This document shows, one piece after another, positions 42,462 through 55,849 of a stretch of 64,000 bases of DNA. How positions within the stretch are numbered: the stretch's first letter is position 1; each line of letters begins with the position of its first letter. The position numbers were made by a program, and so were the translations under genes. Under the pieces are notes generated by a model. It was not told the DNA's origin. It did no database searches and worked only from the letters and a program-made list of their open reading frames with translations. The stretch lies in assembly GCA_964016885.1 (NCBI GenBank), contig OZ024745.1, positions 29,698,001 through 29,762,000 of the forward strand, read 5' to 3'. Source of the stretch: Eledone cirrhosa. Its lineage: Eukaryota.

Positions 42462-42532
42462 AAAAAAAGATGAAACCGAAAAATGCAACTGGAGTCTTAT
42501 TGTTTTAAAAAATATATATATTTATTTGGTTC

Positions 42533-42568
42533 CTTTACCGGTTTCGCAGTTCTTCTGCTTTTCAAAAG
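42533..42568 (-). ncRNA. Type I hammerhead, U3-A8 core variant; decayed relatives at about 50722-50760 and 57475-57510
   Basis: CUU-UUGAAAA-GCAG aagaa CUGC-GAAA-CCGG-UA-AAG, followed by AATAAA. Confidence 0.72.
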
Positions 42569-42594
42569 TAGAGTTGAGATGGAGGGTCTGTGGT

Positions 42595-42648
<54 letters not shown>

Positions 42649-42649
42649 C

Positions 42650-42711
<62 letters not shown>

Positions 42712-42713
<2 letters not shown>

Positions 42714-43586
42714 CATCATCATCATCATCATCATCATCAACGTTTAACGTCTGTGTTCCACGCTTGCATGGGTTTGGACGGGGATTTTCCCACTTGAGGC
42801 AAGAGTGATTATCTTGCTCGCATAGGACTATCTGGCGGGTTTTCTACAGTTGGATGCCCTTCCTAACACCAACCACATTTACAGTGTGGGGCTGGGAGGT
42901 TTTTACCGTGTTGCCTACACGGCCACATTACAGCGTGAACTGTGTGTTTTTTTGACGTGACACTACACGATCTCATTTGTTTCGGCCTGGATGTTGTGGC
43001 ACCAACATAACTTTACATTGAAAGGGGCGGTGTGGATGGGGTGGGGGTGGTGGGACGGGGGTGTATTTTGTTAGAGATGCCTACTGACTGTAGTAGGTTT
43101 TACTTTGTATTTAGGTAAGGCGGGTCTTCTCTATTACTGAGTACCGCCAAAGGTCTCGGTCCAGTGACATTGTCTTGGTGAGGTGTAAGTGTGTGAGGTC
43201 GGAATTTATCAGCTCGTCCCAGGTTTTTCTGGGTCTGCCTGTTCCGTGGCTACCGTCTATCTTTATTGCCCTGCACTTTGTTATACAGCTATCGTCCTTC
43301 ATGCGCATCACGTGACCATACCAACGTAGCCTTCTCTCGAGTAAACAACATCTGATCCCTCTTATTTCTAATTTTTTCCTTAGTTCGCTTATGCTTTGCC
43401 GTTCACGTATATTACTATTACACATCCAGCGGAGCATGCAAGCTTCGTTCCTCTCTAGTCTGCGTATATCCTCTGCACACAATGCCCAGGTCTCACTACC
43501 ATGCAACATTGCTGTTCGTATGCAGGCATCGTACAACCTGCCTTTCATTTTTAGGGAGAACCCTTTAGCGGCTAATAGTGTTATAG
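42712..43586 (-). mobile_element. RTE LINE, 3' portion (near-identical to 20745-21586)
   Basis: [16 protein letters not shown]...IEKTRLT*, then 3' UTR and (GAT)n. Confidence 0.92.
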
Positions 43587-43683
<97 letters not shown>

Positions 43684-43810
43684 CATATATATACATATAT
43701 ATATATACATATATACATATATATATATACATATATACATAGATATATATATATATATATACATATATATACATATATATATATACATATATACATATAT
43801 ATATACATAT

Positions 43811-43878
<68 letters not shown>

Positions 43879-43896
43879 ATATATATATATGTATGT

Positions 43897-43930
<34 letters not shown>

Positions 43931-44027
43931 GTATATATATATGTGTGTATATATATATATGTATGTATATATATATGTATATATGTGTGTATATATATAT
44001 ATGTATATATATATGTATATATGTGTG

Positions 44028-44108
<81 letters not shown>

Positions 44109-44145
44109 ATATATATGTATGTATATGTATATATATATATATATA

Positions 44146-44721
44146 CAACCTGTATATACAACCTGTCCCATGGTCGGGTCGTTGGCGACTAAACTGGCAA
44201 CCCCACCAAGGTTTCTTGGTGAGGAGGGTGACTTTGGACATCCTGCAGGACTAAAAACAAAACCTGTCAAAGGGCAAAGGAGCTCTTAAGAGTCAATGGC
44301 CATCCAAAATCACCAGGAGAGATGACCCCTTAGCCTTTGTCAAGGCAGAATTCTAGGAGAAGGAAAACTCTGATATAACACCTGCAACCCTGATGGTTTC
44401 CAATGATGTTGACTTGTTCTTCTTTTTGGTAAATATCATCTTGGTTAAGAGAGTGGGACTGGCTTTGTGCAGTGCCTTTGCTCACTATAAAAGCTTCACG
44501 GCACAGGCATTGCTTTATATCTGGAGATCTCTCTGCACTTGTCGTCACATGGTACCATGGGCCCAGCACTATGTGTCAATAATTGTCACAAGTGTAGTGT
44601 TTGTACCAGAGTTTTCAAGTCGCTGGCTGGACTAAAAAGTCACACTTATTCAGCGCATCCGTAGGGGTTCTCCTACATGGATATAAAGTAGTGGCCGTAC
44701 TCGAAAACGAGTTGGCAGCCA

Positions 44722-44722
<1 letters not shown>
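44146..44722 (+). mobile_element. Internally deleted RTE-type element (5'UTR-like part and zinc-finger-ending 3' end); related 5' piece at about 40880-40985(-)
   Basis: Ends in [12 protein letters not shown]...*, then TGGCCGTACTCGAAAACGAGTTGGCAGCCACC, as in 48325-48845. Confidence 0.55.
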
Positions 44723-44787
<65 letters not shown>

Positions 44788-44954
44788 GAATGTATATATA
44801 TATGTATGTATATATATGTGTATATATATATATGTATATATGTGTGTATGTATATATATATGTATATATATATATATATGTGTATGTATATATGTATATA
44901 TATATATATATATATAGAAAGATTTGAATGGATACAGTTTAGTTGAAAGGAATT

Positions 44955-45069
44955 TATTGACACGTGTTTCTATAACAGTTACATAACCTAAAACAGCTAT
45001 CTACAAACTTTTAGTTATGCAGACATTTAATATTTCAATGTTATTATTTACTGTCATTTCATCAGAATA
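44955..45069 (-). ncRNA. Type I hammerhead with a long extended stem II
   Basis: UAUU-CUGAUGA-aAUGACAGU...(about 70 nt)...ACUGUUAUa-GAAA-CACGUG-UC-AAUA, overlapping AATAAA. Confidence 0.78.
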
Positions 45070-46013
45070 ATATTACTGAGGACCTGTTTAGTTTTTATAG
45101 AGAATATTAGGAGGGAGGGGTGAAGTTGTTAGAAGAATAGTTGAAGGAGTGGTTTTTCGATAGCAGTGAGAATTCTTGGTGGCAGTGAGTAATTAGATTC
45201 CCATCTGTTGTTTTGACATTTTTTATAGAATATATTATTGGTTATTTTTCTAAATCTATAGAAGGATTAGAGATAGTAAAGATATGCGTGGTTGGTTTTG
45301 TGTTTGCACTTAATTAACATTCAGACTTAAATTTTTCTTTGTATCCTTTCACCCACGCATTCACACACAAATATATTTGCACACCTCTACAAAATACATA
45401 TACTCACAATTCACATATTCATACTTACATACACATACACATGCATGTATTCATGTACATACATACGCGCTCATGTATATACGTTTTCATACTCAACTTA
45501 TCTTTATATACACACGTATAGACACACACATATATACATACATACTCTAGTCCATGTGTACACACATACACATACTTACACATCCATATACTCATATATA
45601 CATACATATATATATATACATACATATACATATACACATATACATACACATACATATACACACACATACATATACATACATATATAAGCACTTTAATACA
45701 TGAATACACTTACATCTAACTATACACATCAAACATATATATATATTTACTTATTTATATACATTTTCACATACATATACATACTTATGGACGTTTTTAG
45801 ACACATTCATTATCGCATATCTGCACCTATTCTCATCAGCATATCTCTTCATTATTAGTATGGCAATTCAAGGCCATTAATATATGTTGAGAAGAGATTG
45901 TCTCTATATCTCTCTAACTAGATTAAGGTCTATATAGTTGGGGGATGTCCCTCTTTTATGTAACACTCGGCTTGTAGTGTAATATTTATATTACAACACA
46001 ACGGAAAATACTG

Positions 46014-46046
<33 letters not shown>

Positions 46047-46055
46047 ATATATATA

Positions 46056-46100
<45 letters not shown>

Positions 46101-46123
46101 GTATGCATGTGTATATATATATG

Positions 46124-46172
<49 letters not shown>

Positions 46173-46317
46173 ATATATATATATATATGTGTATATATAT
46201 ATATATATATGTATGTGTATATATATATATATATATATGTATGTGTATATATATATATATATATATGTGTCTATATATATATATATATGTATGTGTGTGT
46301 ATATATATATATATATG

Positions 46318-46451
<134 letters not shown>

Positions 46452-46492
46452 CGAAACATAAGTCAATTGCATGAACTCATAATCCTTTATTT

Positions 46493-46548
46493 ACTGCTAT
46501 ATATATTTTGATGATAGCCATTGAATGGCTATGACCTCATCAGGCAGT
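46493..46548 (-). ncRNA. Type I hammerhead motif with G12A decay; another decayed motif at 45786-45843(-)
   Basis: ACUGC-CUGAUGA-GGUc AUAGCCA uucaa UGGCUAU cAUC-AAAA-UAUAUA-UA-GCAGU, then AATAAA. Confidence 0.68.
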
Positions 46549-46607
46549 TAGTCAGTTCTTGGATATGCCAGCTCTGTGTTTATAGTGTTGATGCTATCAG
46601 AGCCTTG

Positions 46608-46649
<42 letters not shown>

Positions 46650-46846
46650 TGAAGTAAAAGTTAAGTGGAAATACCCAAGAGAAAGAGCACTCAGTCCATA
46701 GGATGAGTTTAGTATAAATAATGAATGAATTGTGGCCCAGAACCCAAATAAACTTGTCAAGGTTTTGATTATTTATATATATATTTGTGTATACATATGT
46801 ATAGATGTACAGGGAAATTAGACAGTAGAAGTCGCATTGATAGACA

Positions 46847-48228
46847 CATCCCATTCTGACTCTAGCTACTGTACTTTCAGAGCACCCTCCACCACTGCTG
46901 ATTTTGTCACCCAAGTAACAGAAGGTGTCCACTATTTCTATAGAACCATCTGTGCAATGGAATGAGCTAGTATTCTGTGGGCACTTGCTGCTACTTATTG
47001 CACCAGAGCACCGGCCACATATAAAATCTATGTTCTTAGTTAGCTTACCTGTGATCCCATTACATCTTTTATGCACCTATACTTTGCATTTGGGACATAA
47101 AATGGAGTTTCTACCTACTCCTTTCCTACACACTGAGCATGGCCATTTCCTGGATGGAACCGGTGCCCTATTTTACTTCCTACAAACTAGAACTTTAGAC
47201 TTAGACAGGTTAATTTTAAGGCCTTCTGATTCTAGGCCATGCTTCCATGTTTGGAATTTCTTCTCTAGTTCAGCCATTGATTCAGCAATGAGCGTTAGAT
47301 CATCTGCGTATAGGAGTTCCCATGGGCAGCCAGTCTTGAACTCCACTGTTATAGCCTGAAGGGCAATAATAAATAGTAGGTGGCTAAGAACAGAGCCCTG
47401 ATGGACACCAACTTTTACGCTAAACTCTTCACTATATTCCTTGTTAATTCTAACCTTGCTGACTGTTTCTTTATACATGGCTTGTATAGATCTCACAAGC
47501 CATTCATCAACACCTAGTTTTCTCAGAGCCCACCAGATAATGGAACGGGGGACTCTGTCAAAGGCTTTCTCCAAGTCGACCAAAGCTAAGTATAGGGGTT
47601 TACTTTTAGCTAGGTACTTCTCCTGTAGTTGTCGTACAATGAAAAGAGCGTCTGTGGTACTTTTACCTGACATAAACCCGAACTGCATTTCATCTAGATC
47701 AATTCGCTCTCTGATTAGTTGCGCTATTACTTTTTCTGTGACCTTCATGACCTGGTTGATTAATTTAATGCCTCTATAGTTACCCCTATCTAGGGTATCT
47801 CCTTTACCCTTGTAGCAGTTAATGATGATGCTACGCCAGTCCTTTGGAACAACCCCATTCTGTATGACTTGGTTTACTATCCGGGTGACCATGGTGTGTC
47901 CCACCGTTCCAGAAGCTTTCAGCATTTCAGCAACTATTTCCGAAGGCCCAGCCGCCTTACCCGTCTTCATATCTTTGATTACCTTACTTATTATACTACC
48001 TTCGACTAACACTGCTGGTCCCTCTATTGGATCGATGTGGGGGAGACTGTCTTTCTCCCATTTATTCTCCTCATTTAGTAGCCTTTCGTAGTGACACTTC
48101 CAAGCTACCTTCTTATCAGTGTCAGTGATGGCAAGTACACCATCATCATTAAGGACACACTTCTCCCCGACAATATCACGGTTTTCCTTGACACATTGCC
48201 TAGCAATCCTGAACACCTCACGTTTTTG
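46847..48228 (-). mobile_element. RTE LINE, upstream portion containing RT
   Basis: ORF 47173-48216 has GNYRGIKL, DLEKAFDRVP, GVHQGSVLS and LLYADDL. It continues to ARVRMG at about 46848. Confidence 0.93.
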
Positions 48229-48324
48229 ATATATATATATATGTATATATATATATGTATGTATATATGTATGTATGTATATATATATATATATATATAT
48301 GTGTATGTATATATGTATGTATGG

Positions 48325-48594
48325 ACTTGAAATTCATCTTCATAGTCATAAAGTGAGACCAGTGGTTGACTACCAGGCTGCTGTTGGAGATGCTACTCAT
48401 CATGCCTGCCAAACATGTGGTAGAGAATGTAAATCAGCAGGAGGGCTCAAACGATATGCAAAAGTACACGAACTCCAACCACAGCCGACTATTCCCAGTG
48501 AATGTTTTGGTTTCCAACTCTGTGCAAGACATTTTAGATCACTGGCTGGGCTAAAAAGCCACATTCGATCGCAGCACCGTTAATTGTTATAGTA

Positions 48595-48626
<32 letters not shown>

Positions 48627-48845
48627 ATTATTATTATTATTATTATTATTATTGTTATTATTATTATTGTCGTTATTATGTTTTTTTTTCGTGCAATGGC
48701 CATACTCGATAACAAGAGGGCAGCCATCATGCATGTATGTATGTATGTATTGTTATTATTATTATTATTGTTATTAATATATATATATATATATATTTTT
48801 TTTCCCGTGCAATGGCCATACTCGATAACGAGGGGGCAGCCATCA
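48325..48845 (+). mobile_element. 3' end of an RTE/BovB-type LINE with C-terminal C2H2-like fingers and a duplicated 3' terminus
   Basis: CQTCGRECKSAGGLKRYAKVH...[58 protein letters not shown] occurs twice (about 48691 and 48808). Confidence 0.6.
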
Positions 48846-49007
48846 TATATATATATATATATATTTTTACATATATATATGTATGTATATCAGTAGCAAG
48901 TCCTGTGATTGATGAAAGTGCTAGATTTTTCTGACAAATATACTTTATTAGAATACTATTTTGTACTCTACTGAAGATATATATACTAATCTCTCTCTCT
49001 CTCTCTC

Positions 49008-49068
<61 letters not shown>

Positions 49069-49095
49069 ATATATATATATATTTAATAGAGAAAT

Positions 49096-49146
49096 GGCTT
49101 CTACAGGACTAGAACTGTTTCATTCAGGAGAAATCATCAGGAAGCC
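49096..49146 (-). ncRNA. Complete type I hammerhead (family C single-arm copy)
   Basis: GGCUUC-CUGAUGA-uUUC uccu GAAu-GAAA-CAG uucuaguc CUG-UA-GAAGCC; 6-bp stem I. Confidence 0.8.
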
Positions 49147-49207
49147 CATATATATATAAATCTCAAATTTTAACTCTTCTTATTATTAATTTTTCTTAAT
49201 ATTAATC

Positions 49208-49255
49208 AACATTTGAAAAGATGGCTTTTGCAGACCCATCGAAACCGGTCATTTT
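49208..49255 (+). ncRNA. Type I hammerhead, U3-A8 core variant
   Basis: AAcAU-UUGAAAA-GAUGG cuuuugcagac CCAUC-GAAA-CCGG-UC-AUuUU. Confidence 0.68.
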
Positions 49256-49393
49256 TTATACCCTTTATTATTTCCTTACCTTATAAAATTATATGTTTTT
49301 TCACAAAAAAGTATTCTGTCTCTTATATATTCCATGTGCCATTACCAACCTCAATTTTCTCTATAACCTTCGTTTTGTGTAGTAAATTACACT

Positions 49394-49438
<45 letters not shown>

Positions 49439-49440
<2 letters not shown>

Positions 49441-49630
49441 TTAGAGCAAACATCACGGACACTCTATCTCAAAATTATTTTTGAAAAGCATTAGAAATGC
49501 GCAACTGGTAAAACTTAAAACCAAAAACTGAATACTAACCAATACTATTACTAATTCTCACTTATTCCTAATTAAACTATTTTTCACTGTGAACAATTTG
49601 TCACCATTTTCTTTTCCGTTTACCAATATA
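49439..49630 (+). mobile_element. Family D PLE-like element, single arm, variant hammerhead at 49478-49513
   Basis: Highly similar to 34758-34950 and begins at that palindrome's apex (GATTAGAGCAAACATCAC). Confidence 0.7.
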
Positions 49631-49647
49631 TATATATATATATATAG

Positions 49648-50127
49648 ATTTTGAGTTTATGTTGGTTGTATACCAACACCTCAGTATGCAGGCTGGAGCA
49701 CTCGACGAAGTGCGCAGGTTGGTTTGGTTACTCCGGAGTAGTGTAAAATAAAGTTAAATAAAAGTCAAATAATTAAAATTTAGCTTCGTTTATTACTGCT
49801 ATATATATTTCAGTGACAGCCATCTTTGGCTGTGACCTCTTCAGGCAGTTTGAATTAGTATGGTATAGACAAGTACATATGTTGTTTAGGTGTATAATAT
49901 TGTCAATACTCATATGACTCCAGTTCCTCAGTGAATTAACAACCCAACAAGGAACTGGGCATATCAGAGTATTGACAATATTATACACCTAAACAACATA
50001 TGTACTTGTCTATACCATACTAATTCAAACTGCCTGAAGAGGTCACAGCCAAAGATGGCTGTCACTGAAATATATATAGCAGTAATAAACGAAGCTAAAT
50101 TTTAATCATTTGACTTTTATTTAACTT

Positions 50128-50134
<7 letters not shown>
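49648..50134 (-). mobile_element. Fold-back PLE-like element (family F) with complete hammerheads at 49795-49849(-) and 50029-50083(+)
   Basis: About 168-bp near-perfect arms 49744-49911 and 49967-50134. ACUGC-CUGAAGA-GGUc ACAGCCA aaga UGGCUGU cACU-GAAA-UAUAUA-UA-GCAGU-AAUAAA. (TA)n on both sides. Confidence 0.85.
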
Positions 50135-50173
<39 letters not shown>

Positions 50174-50193
50174 TATATATATATGTATATATA

Positions 50194-50423
50194 ACCAAAG
50201 ATTAATATGGTTCATTGATTATTCAACGAATACAATTTTACAATAGATTAGAAGCACTCGACAGACTATTTTCCTGGAGTATTTAATATTATTCAAAATG
50301 TTAATAAATGAAAAATATTCTCATAATCAAAATATATATTTTATTATACTTTGAAATATGTATAATAAAATATGTATTTTGATTATGAGAATATTTTTCA
50401 TTTATTAACATTTTGAATAATAT
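50194..50423 (-). mobile_element. Family G fold-back element with the central part deleted
   Basis: Same outer ends as 63058-63495. Arms about 50286-50348 and 50359-50423. Only CTTTGAAATATGTATAATAAA of the ribozyme remains. Confidence 0.75.
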
Positions 50424-51151
50424 ATATATATATATATAATGAAAATAGTAATAAATGAAAGATATATACATTATTATATAATAATACTCCGGATAATTTT
50501 CTACTGCTGAGTGCTTTGCATCTGTTATATATAAGAATGAATTGATGACAAATCAACTAACTCTTTTTTCATTGATATATATATATACTTCTACGGATAT
50601 TACCTTCCAGTGTCCTACCTTTATAAGAAAGTAAGGTTTTTAAAATGTTCCACATGGGTAAAGATATAAGGAAAAGAAATTGAAAATGCAATTGGAGTCT
50701 TTCAAGAATATTTATTTATTTACTTTACTGGTTTCACAGTTCTTATGATTTATCAAAAGTAAAATTGAGATGGAGGGTTTGTGTTTCTGTTATGGTGTGT
50801 CTCACATCTAACTGGAGTTCAAAAATTCTTTCTGTTTTATACAAAAAACGTGGCTCAGATTGCTATTTGTTTAAAATGTAATTTGGTTGGTTGATGCCAG
50901 TCACTTAATTAGGTACAGTAATTTTCACACCAGAAAAGTAGCTCAAAATTGTTATTTACCATTTTATTTGTTGATGACAGTCACGTGATCAAACATAGTA
51001 ATAGTGTGTGTATATACATGTGTGTGTGGGGGGGGGGGGGGGGGGGGGCGATGTGTGTGTGTGTGAGAGCAATAATGTTTGAGATTACATGTGTATCCTC
51101 TCCATTCAAATATACCATAAAAACATACATATTCAATCTTTGGTGGTTTAG

Positions 51152-51279
51152 TTTTCAGGAATTTGGTACACTGTTTGGAAAAGCAAGAACTTTGTTCAAG
51201 ATGGTTCCCTCAATATCAAATCAAAGGTTTTTTACCCAAATGCCAGAGGAAATATTTCATTTCTGGAAATGGATGTAAG
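51152..51279 (+). CDS. Multi-domain lipocalin, exon 2 (FSGIWYTVWKSKNFVQDG...FLEMDV/R)
   Basis: GxW lipocalin motif; tag acceptor, gtaaag donor; phase 0/2. Confidence 0.85.
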
Positions 51280-51556
51280 GTAAAGTTTCTCATTTCACAT
51301 TGAATTCTTTAACCCTTTTGGCATCAACCCAACCAAAACTGGTTCTGGTCGTATGGAATTCAATCACCTATTTTATGGTTTCCATTTAAATTCAAAATTT
51401 TCCAGCATGATTTTATATAAGATCCATATGTAAAGTTACTATTTTAGTAATGAAATATTTAATAATTTTAGTAAATCCTTTACTGAATATTAACTTTGTT
51501 TGAGATAACCTGTCCAACCAGGGAAAACAGACATTAAATGATGATGATGATGATAG

Positions 51557-51593
<37 letters not shown>

Positions 51594-51595
51594 AG

Positions 51596-51639
<44 letters not shown>

Positions 51640-52142
51640 ATGATGATGATGGTTATAGTGATGACAATGATGATGATAATGATGATGATGATGATGACAA
51701 CGACGATGAGGATGTTGCAGAACAATGATGGTAGGAATGCTTACAGAACTGTAAAACACTAAACCTGTTCTGTTTGAGAATAAAAATGAAAACCCAAGTA
51801 GCATCAATATCAGCTGAAACATGTAATCCCAATGACATATATATTGTTAGAATGAGCATAAGATATATTTAATTGATTTCGCTTTGAAAATACTACGACC
51901 AAAGAAATGGGAGTGTTAACATATAAGATTTTTCAGTTTTTTACATTATTTTTGATGAATGTGAGATGGATGTGTTTTGTTGAGGCTAATATATGGAGTT
52001 ACATAATGCTATCGATTAGGCAATATATTGATGTTATCATGGTTCATTTCACCCTTTGAAATTATCATAAAACAATGGATTAATTAAGCAATGATTCTCA
52101 TCTTTTTATTTTCATTGTTCAAACTATATTTCTTTATAACAG

Positions 52143-52216
52143 GAACAATAAATTCTGCTCAGGACAAGAAACTGTTATGGAACATAAAAATGACATGTTT
52201 GTTACTGACGAAAATG
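52143..52216 (+). CDS. Multi-domain lipocalin, exon 3 (NNKFCSGQETVMEHKNDMFVTDEN/V), GC donor
   Basis: Phase 2/1 links exons 2 and 4; donor G|GCAAGT. Confidence 0.7.
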
Positions 52217-53275
52217 GCAAGTGACTTTTTATTTTTATTGTATTTTTTCTCATTATAAAATACTTGGAAATATGAAGAGAGTGTCAGATTAAAATGTCAT
52301 TCAAATATATGTTAATTCTAGGGTGCAACATAGTAAACTTTCAGTTTTCCATACAACCTTAAATCCAATACAGATATAGGAAACTTTTAACAGACACAAC
52401 CTAAAAATAAGTTACAGTTTCACTCTGAACTCAGGTATTAACTTTGAAGGTGCTGGGGTAGAAAACATTTTTTCATGTCATTGCTGACAAAAACACCCCC
52501 ATCAACAAAACCCAAGCCAAGCAGAAATGAAAATGCATGCCAACTTGATGAATCATGTAACATAGAAGATGAGGCAGAGATCACCTGTATAAAGCTCAGC
52601 CTAGTGGCATGGAAACATTATATGGGCATAACAGAGTAGAAGTTGAAGCTTTTTAAATTTTTAATTCTTAATTTCATTAAAATTGTTTTGGGGTTCTTTC
52701 TTTTTTATCAATTTTATAAATTGTATTCTTAATGTAAAGGGTAAAGACTGCATTTGGTCATGAATAACCATGGAGTTTGAACCTGGAAAGCTCTCCTCCG
52801 AGGCACAAGCCTGGGTGGAAGGCCAGCAGTTGTCCATGCATACCAGTTTCCTTTCTCCATACCACTGATGTAGACCAAGGGAAAGGCAAAGGCCAATACA
52901 GCTTGGCCTTAGTGACATGACAGCTCATATATACACTAAATATACACTATATATATGCTGTATAGGATGTTGTCCAACAGTGTTTGACACCAGTGATGTC
53001 CTAAATCATATATACACAGTATATATACACAATATATTATGTTGGAGAAAAAGGCAAAGGCCAATACAGCTTGGTACCAGGATGTCACATTTTTTCCAGC
53101 TGAGTGAACTGGAGCAATGTGAAATAAAGTGTCGTACTCAAGAGCCCAATGCACCCCCTAATCCGGAATTGAACTCATAATCTCACTATTGTTAGTCCAA
53201 CACTATAACCACTAAGCCATAAGCCTTCACTTAATGTATTATTCAATAAAAAATATTTTGTTTATAATGTTTCAG

Positions 53276-53485
53276 TTGCTGTGAGGATCATCATGACTGA
53301 CTACAACTCTACAGCACTGCTCATGTATTGTACCAATTTCACAGAGTCTACCTGTCACCAGGACCATTACTATTTTGAGATCAACTCCAGGTCACCTGTC
53401 ATAGAACCTGATGATGAAGTAAGGATTCTGATGAAAATAGATGAAATCAGTGGTAGACATGAGGAAATGACATATCTGGGAGCAG
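53276..53485 (+). CDS. Multi-domain lipocalin, exon 4 (AVRIIMTDYNSTALLMYC...INSRSPVIEP...)
   Basis: SCR2 TDY and SCR3 SR.P motifs; 210 nt; phase 1/1. Confidence 0.87.
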
Positions 53486-53944
53486 GTAACTTTCACTTTC
53501 ATACTTAAAGGAGACCAAGTAGTCTTGGTATGTTGCCTAATGGTTAGGGTGTCAGACTATGATCAAGAGATAATGGTTTTCATTCCCAAACCATTGAATC
53601 ACCCCAAAAGGCATGCCTACTGGGGACAGAAAGAACCCTCTGATACATCCTGAATATCTGAAGCTGCAGGTAGTGGCTTGATGTTCATTAAGGCAAATTT
53701 TCCAGTTAAATAACATCAATGATTGAGATATCAAATTCATAATAATTGTTTCTACTTTTGGCACCAGGCCAGCAATTACCCAGTACATTACTGGTACTTT
53801 TTATCGACCCCGTAAGGATAAAAGTCAAAGTTAACCTCGGCGGGATTTGAACTCAGGCAATAAAGGGCTGTAAAACTTTGCTACAAAGCATGGTGTCCAA
53901 CCCTCTACCGATACTGCCAATCCACCGACCTTTCATAATAATAT

Positions 53945-54372
53945 TAACAGAACACAACAGGCCTGACCTGGTGGTTTTTGATAAGGAAAAAAGATTGTGC
54001 TTGATTGTAAATGTAGCCTACTTCTTTGACACAATAGTGCAAGAAAAGAAGGAGAAAATTAACCAATACCAGGATTTAAAGTGGGAATTAAAAAGAATTT
54101 GGGATTGTCATGAGATTAAGGTCATCCTGATTGTCATAGGAGCACTAGGTACTATCTCGAAGAGTTTTCAAGGATGGTTTAAGAACATTAGTCCAACCCT
54201 TTTTTTTGGAACACTTCAAAAGGCATGCTTGCTGGAAACAGCAAGAACCTTCCGATATGTTCTGAATATCTGAGGCTGCAGGTAGCGGCTTGATGTTCAT
54301 TTCAACAAACTTTCCAGTTAAATAACATCAATGACTGAGACTCCAAGAAAATAACAATAATAATGATAATGA
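53945..54372 (+). mobile_element. R4/Dong-type non-LTR 3' fragment (restriction-like endonuclease); shorter 3' copy at about 53635-53745
   Basis: HNRPDLVV...EKINQYQDL..ELKRIW...IVIGALG...LQKACLLETAR, with a (TAA)n-like tail. Confidence 0.85.
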
Positions 54373-54898
54373 TTTCTACTATAGGCACAAGGCCAACAAT
54401 TTTGGGGGAGGAGAAAGTCAATTAAATCGACTCCAGTGCATTACTGGTACTTTATTTTATCAACCCCATAAGGAAGAAAGACAAAGTTAACCTTGGAAAG
54501 GTTTAAACTCAGAACATAAAGGGACATAACTATATGCCTGAAAGCTATATTTCAGGTGACCATAAATAATATACAAGGGACACCATGCAATTTTATCCCC
54601 TCCTGTAATGGAATACCAAAGAGCAAAGCCACTGTGTAACAGTGAGGTGGAGGTGAGCTTGTAAAGGGTCAAAATTAATTGTTTTGTTATGATGAATAAC
54701 TCACATGAGGTCCCCAATTAAAGTTCCAGCCAGGACTTCCATGAAAGCTTAAACCAACTTTGTTTTCTCAACCCTATTTTGTTCCCATCATCACAAATAG
54801 ATGGGGAGGTACTGTTAGGAGAAGGAACTTTGATGTCTTTCATATTTCACATTATATCATTTCTTTTGGATAGTTTCCATTGTGTTTGTTTATTTCAG

Positions 54899-54963
54899 AC
54901 TGTGATGGGGATAATGCCATTTTTGATTCCATTCCTATCAGCACCACCTTCTCACTGAAGAAC
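54899..54963 (+). CDS. Multi-domain lipocalin, exon 5 (DCDGDNAIFDSIPISTTFSLKN)
   Basis: ttcag and gtaagt sites; phase 1/0; C-terminal Cys of domain 1 and start of domain 2. Confidence 0.8.
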
Positions 54964-55514
54964 GTAAGTACCAAGTTTGGAACCACTATGTTCTATGTCC
55001 TAAGACATAAAGAAATGGTTGAAAGAAAGGACCAGAAGAATGCTAGTTCTCTCAATAAAGCCCCTTAGAACTCCCTTCATTTCAAAGAATTTAGTAAATA
55101 ATTGGTCATCAAAAAATTTATATCTACTCATATAAAATACATTTATGTATAATAACTTTCTCATTATTAAGCTGATGTGTGGAACATAACTTAACAAAGG
55201 TTCTTGCATAAAATTATGATGGACGTTTTCAAAAAAATATAAACACTTTGAAATATACAGCTGTGTATAATAGAAACAGAGCAGTTTGGTATCAAATAAG
55301 ATGATGTGTGGAACATAACATAATGAAGGTACTTACATAAAATTATTATGGAAGTTTTAAAAAAATGTATATATCAACACTTTAAAATAAATAGCTTTGC
55401 ATCATAGAACCTGGGAGAGTTTCAGGCAGTTTGGTATGAGAAGGGCTAAAATGGTTATTGTTGTAGTTGTACAAACAAAATTGTTGTTTCTATGGAGGTT
55501 TCTTATCTTTCTAG

Positions 55515-55633
55515 GTTCTTGGAGATTCCTTTGCCTTAGCCCAGTCAGATTTCACCACAACTAATGCACTTATGGCTCATAACATCTACCTACCCCAGAA
55601 TGATCATGTGGCTGGATGGTTCACCATTTTAAA
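55515..55633 (+). CDS. Multi-domain lipocalin, exon 6 (VLGDSFALAQSDF...GWFTIL/N)
   Basis: Phase 0/2 like exon 2; open frame; canonical sites. Confidence 0.78.
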
Positions 55634-55849
55634 GTAAGAAACATGACTACTTTTCATTTCTCTAATTAATTTCACCCCATTGTATATATTTACTTCAATT
55701 ATACACACACACATATATGTCTGTGTGTATATATATATATATATCTATATATATAGAGAGATATATGTATATATTTATATGCAAGCAGGGAAAAGTGGAT
55801 ATAAATGATGATATATATATAGGACTGTGTGTGTATATATATATCTCAT

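Noticed and set aside
48275-48583. Host C2H2 zinc-finger gene
   Set aside because: The same ending and 3' terminus occur at about 44600-44722. This fits an RTE/BovB-type LINE C-terminus, and there are no TGEKP linkers.
49744-50134. Palindromes as MITEs with long TIRs
   Set aside because: The ends are asymmetric, with an extension on one arm only. Embedded hammerheads, AATAAA and lone-arm copies fit retro-derived fold-backs better.
50949-51278. ORF-track frame EFGTLFGKARTL... as the exon
   Set aside because: The alternative frame FSGIWY gives the lipocalin motif and compatible intron phases.
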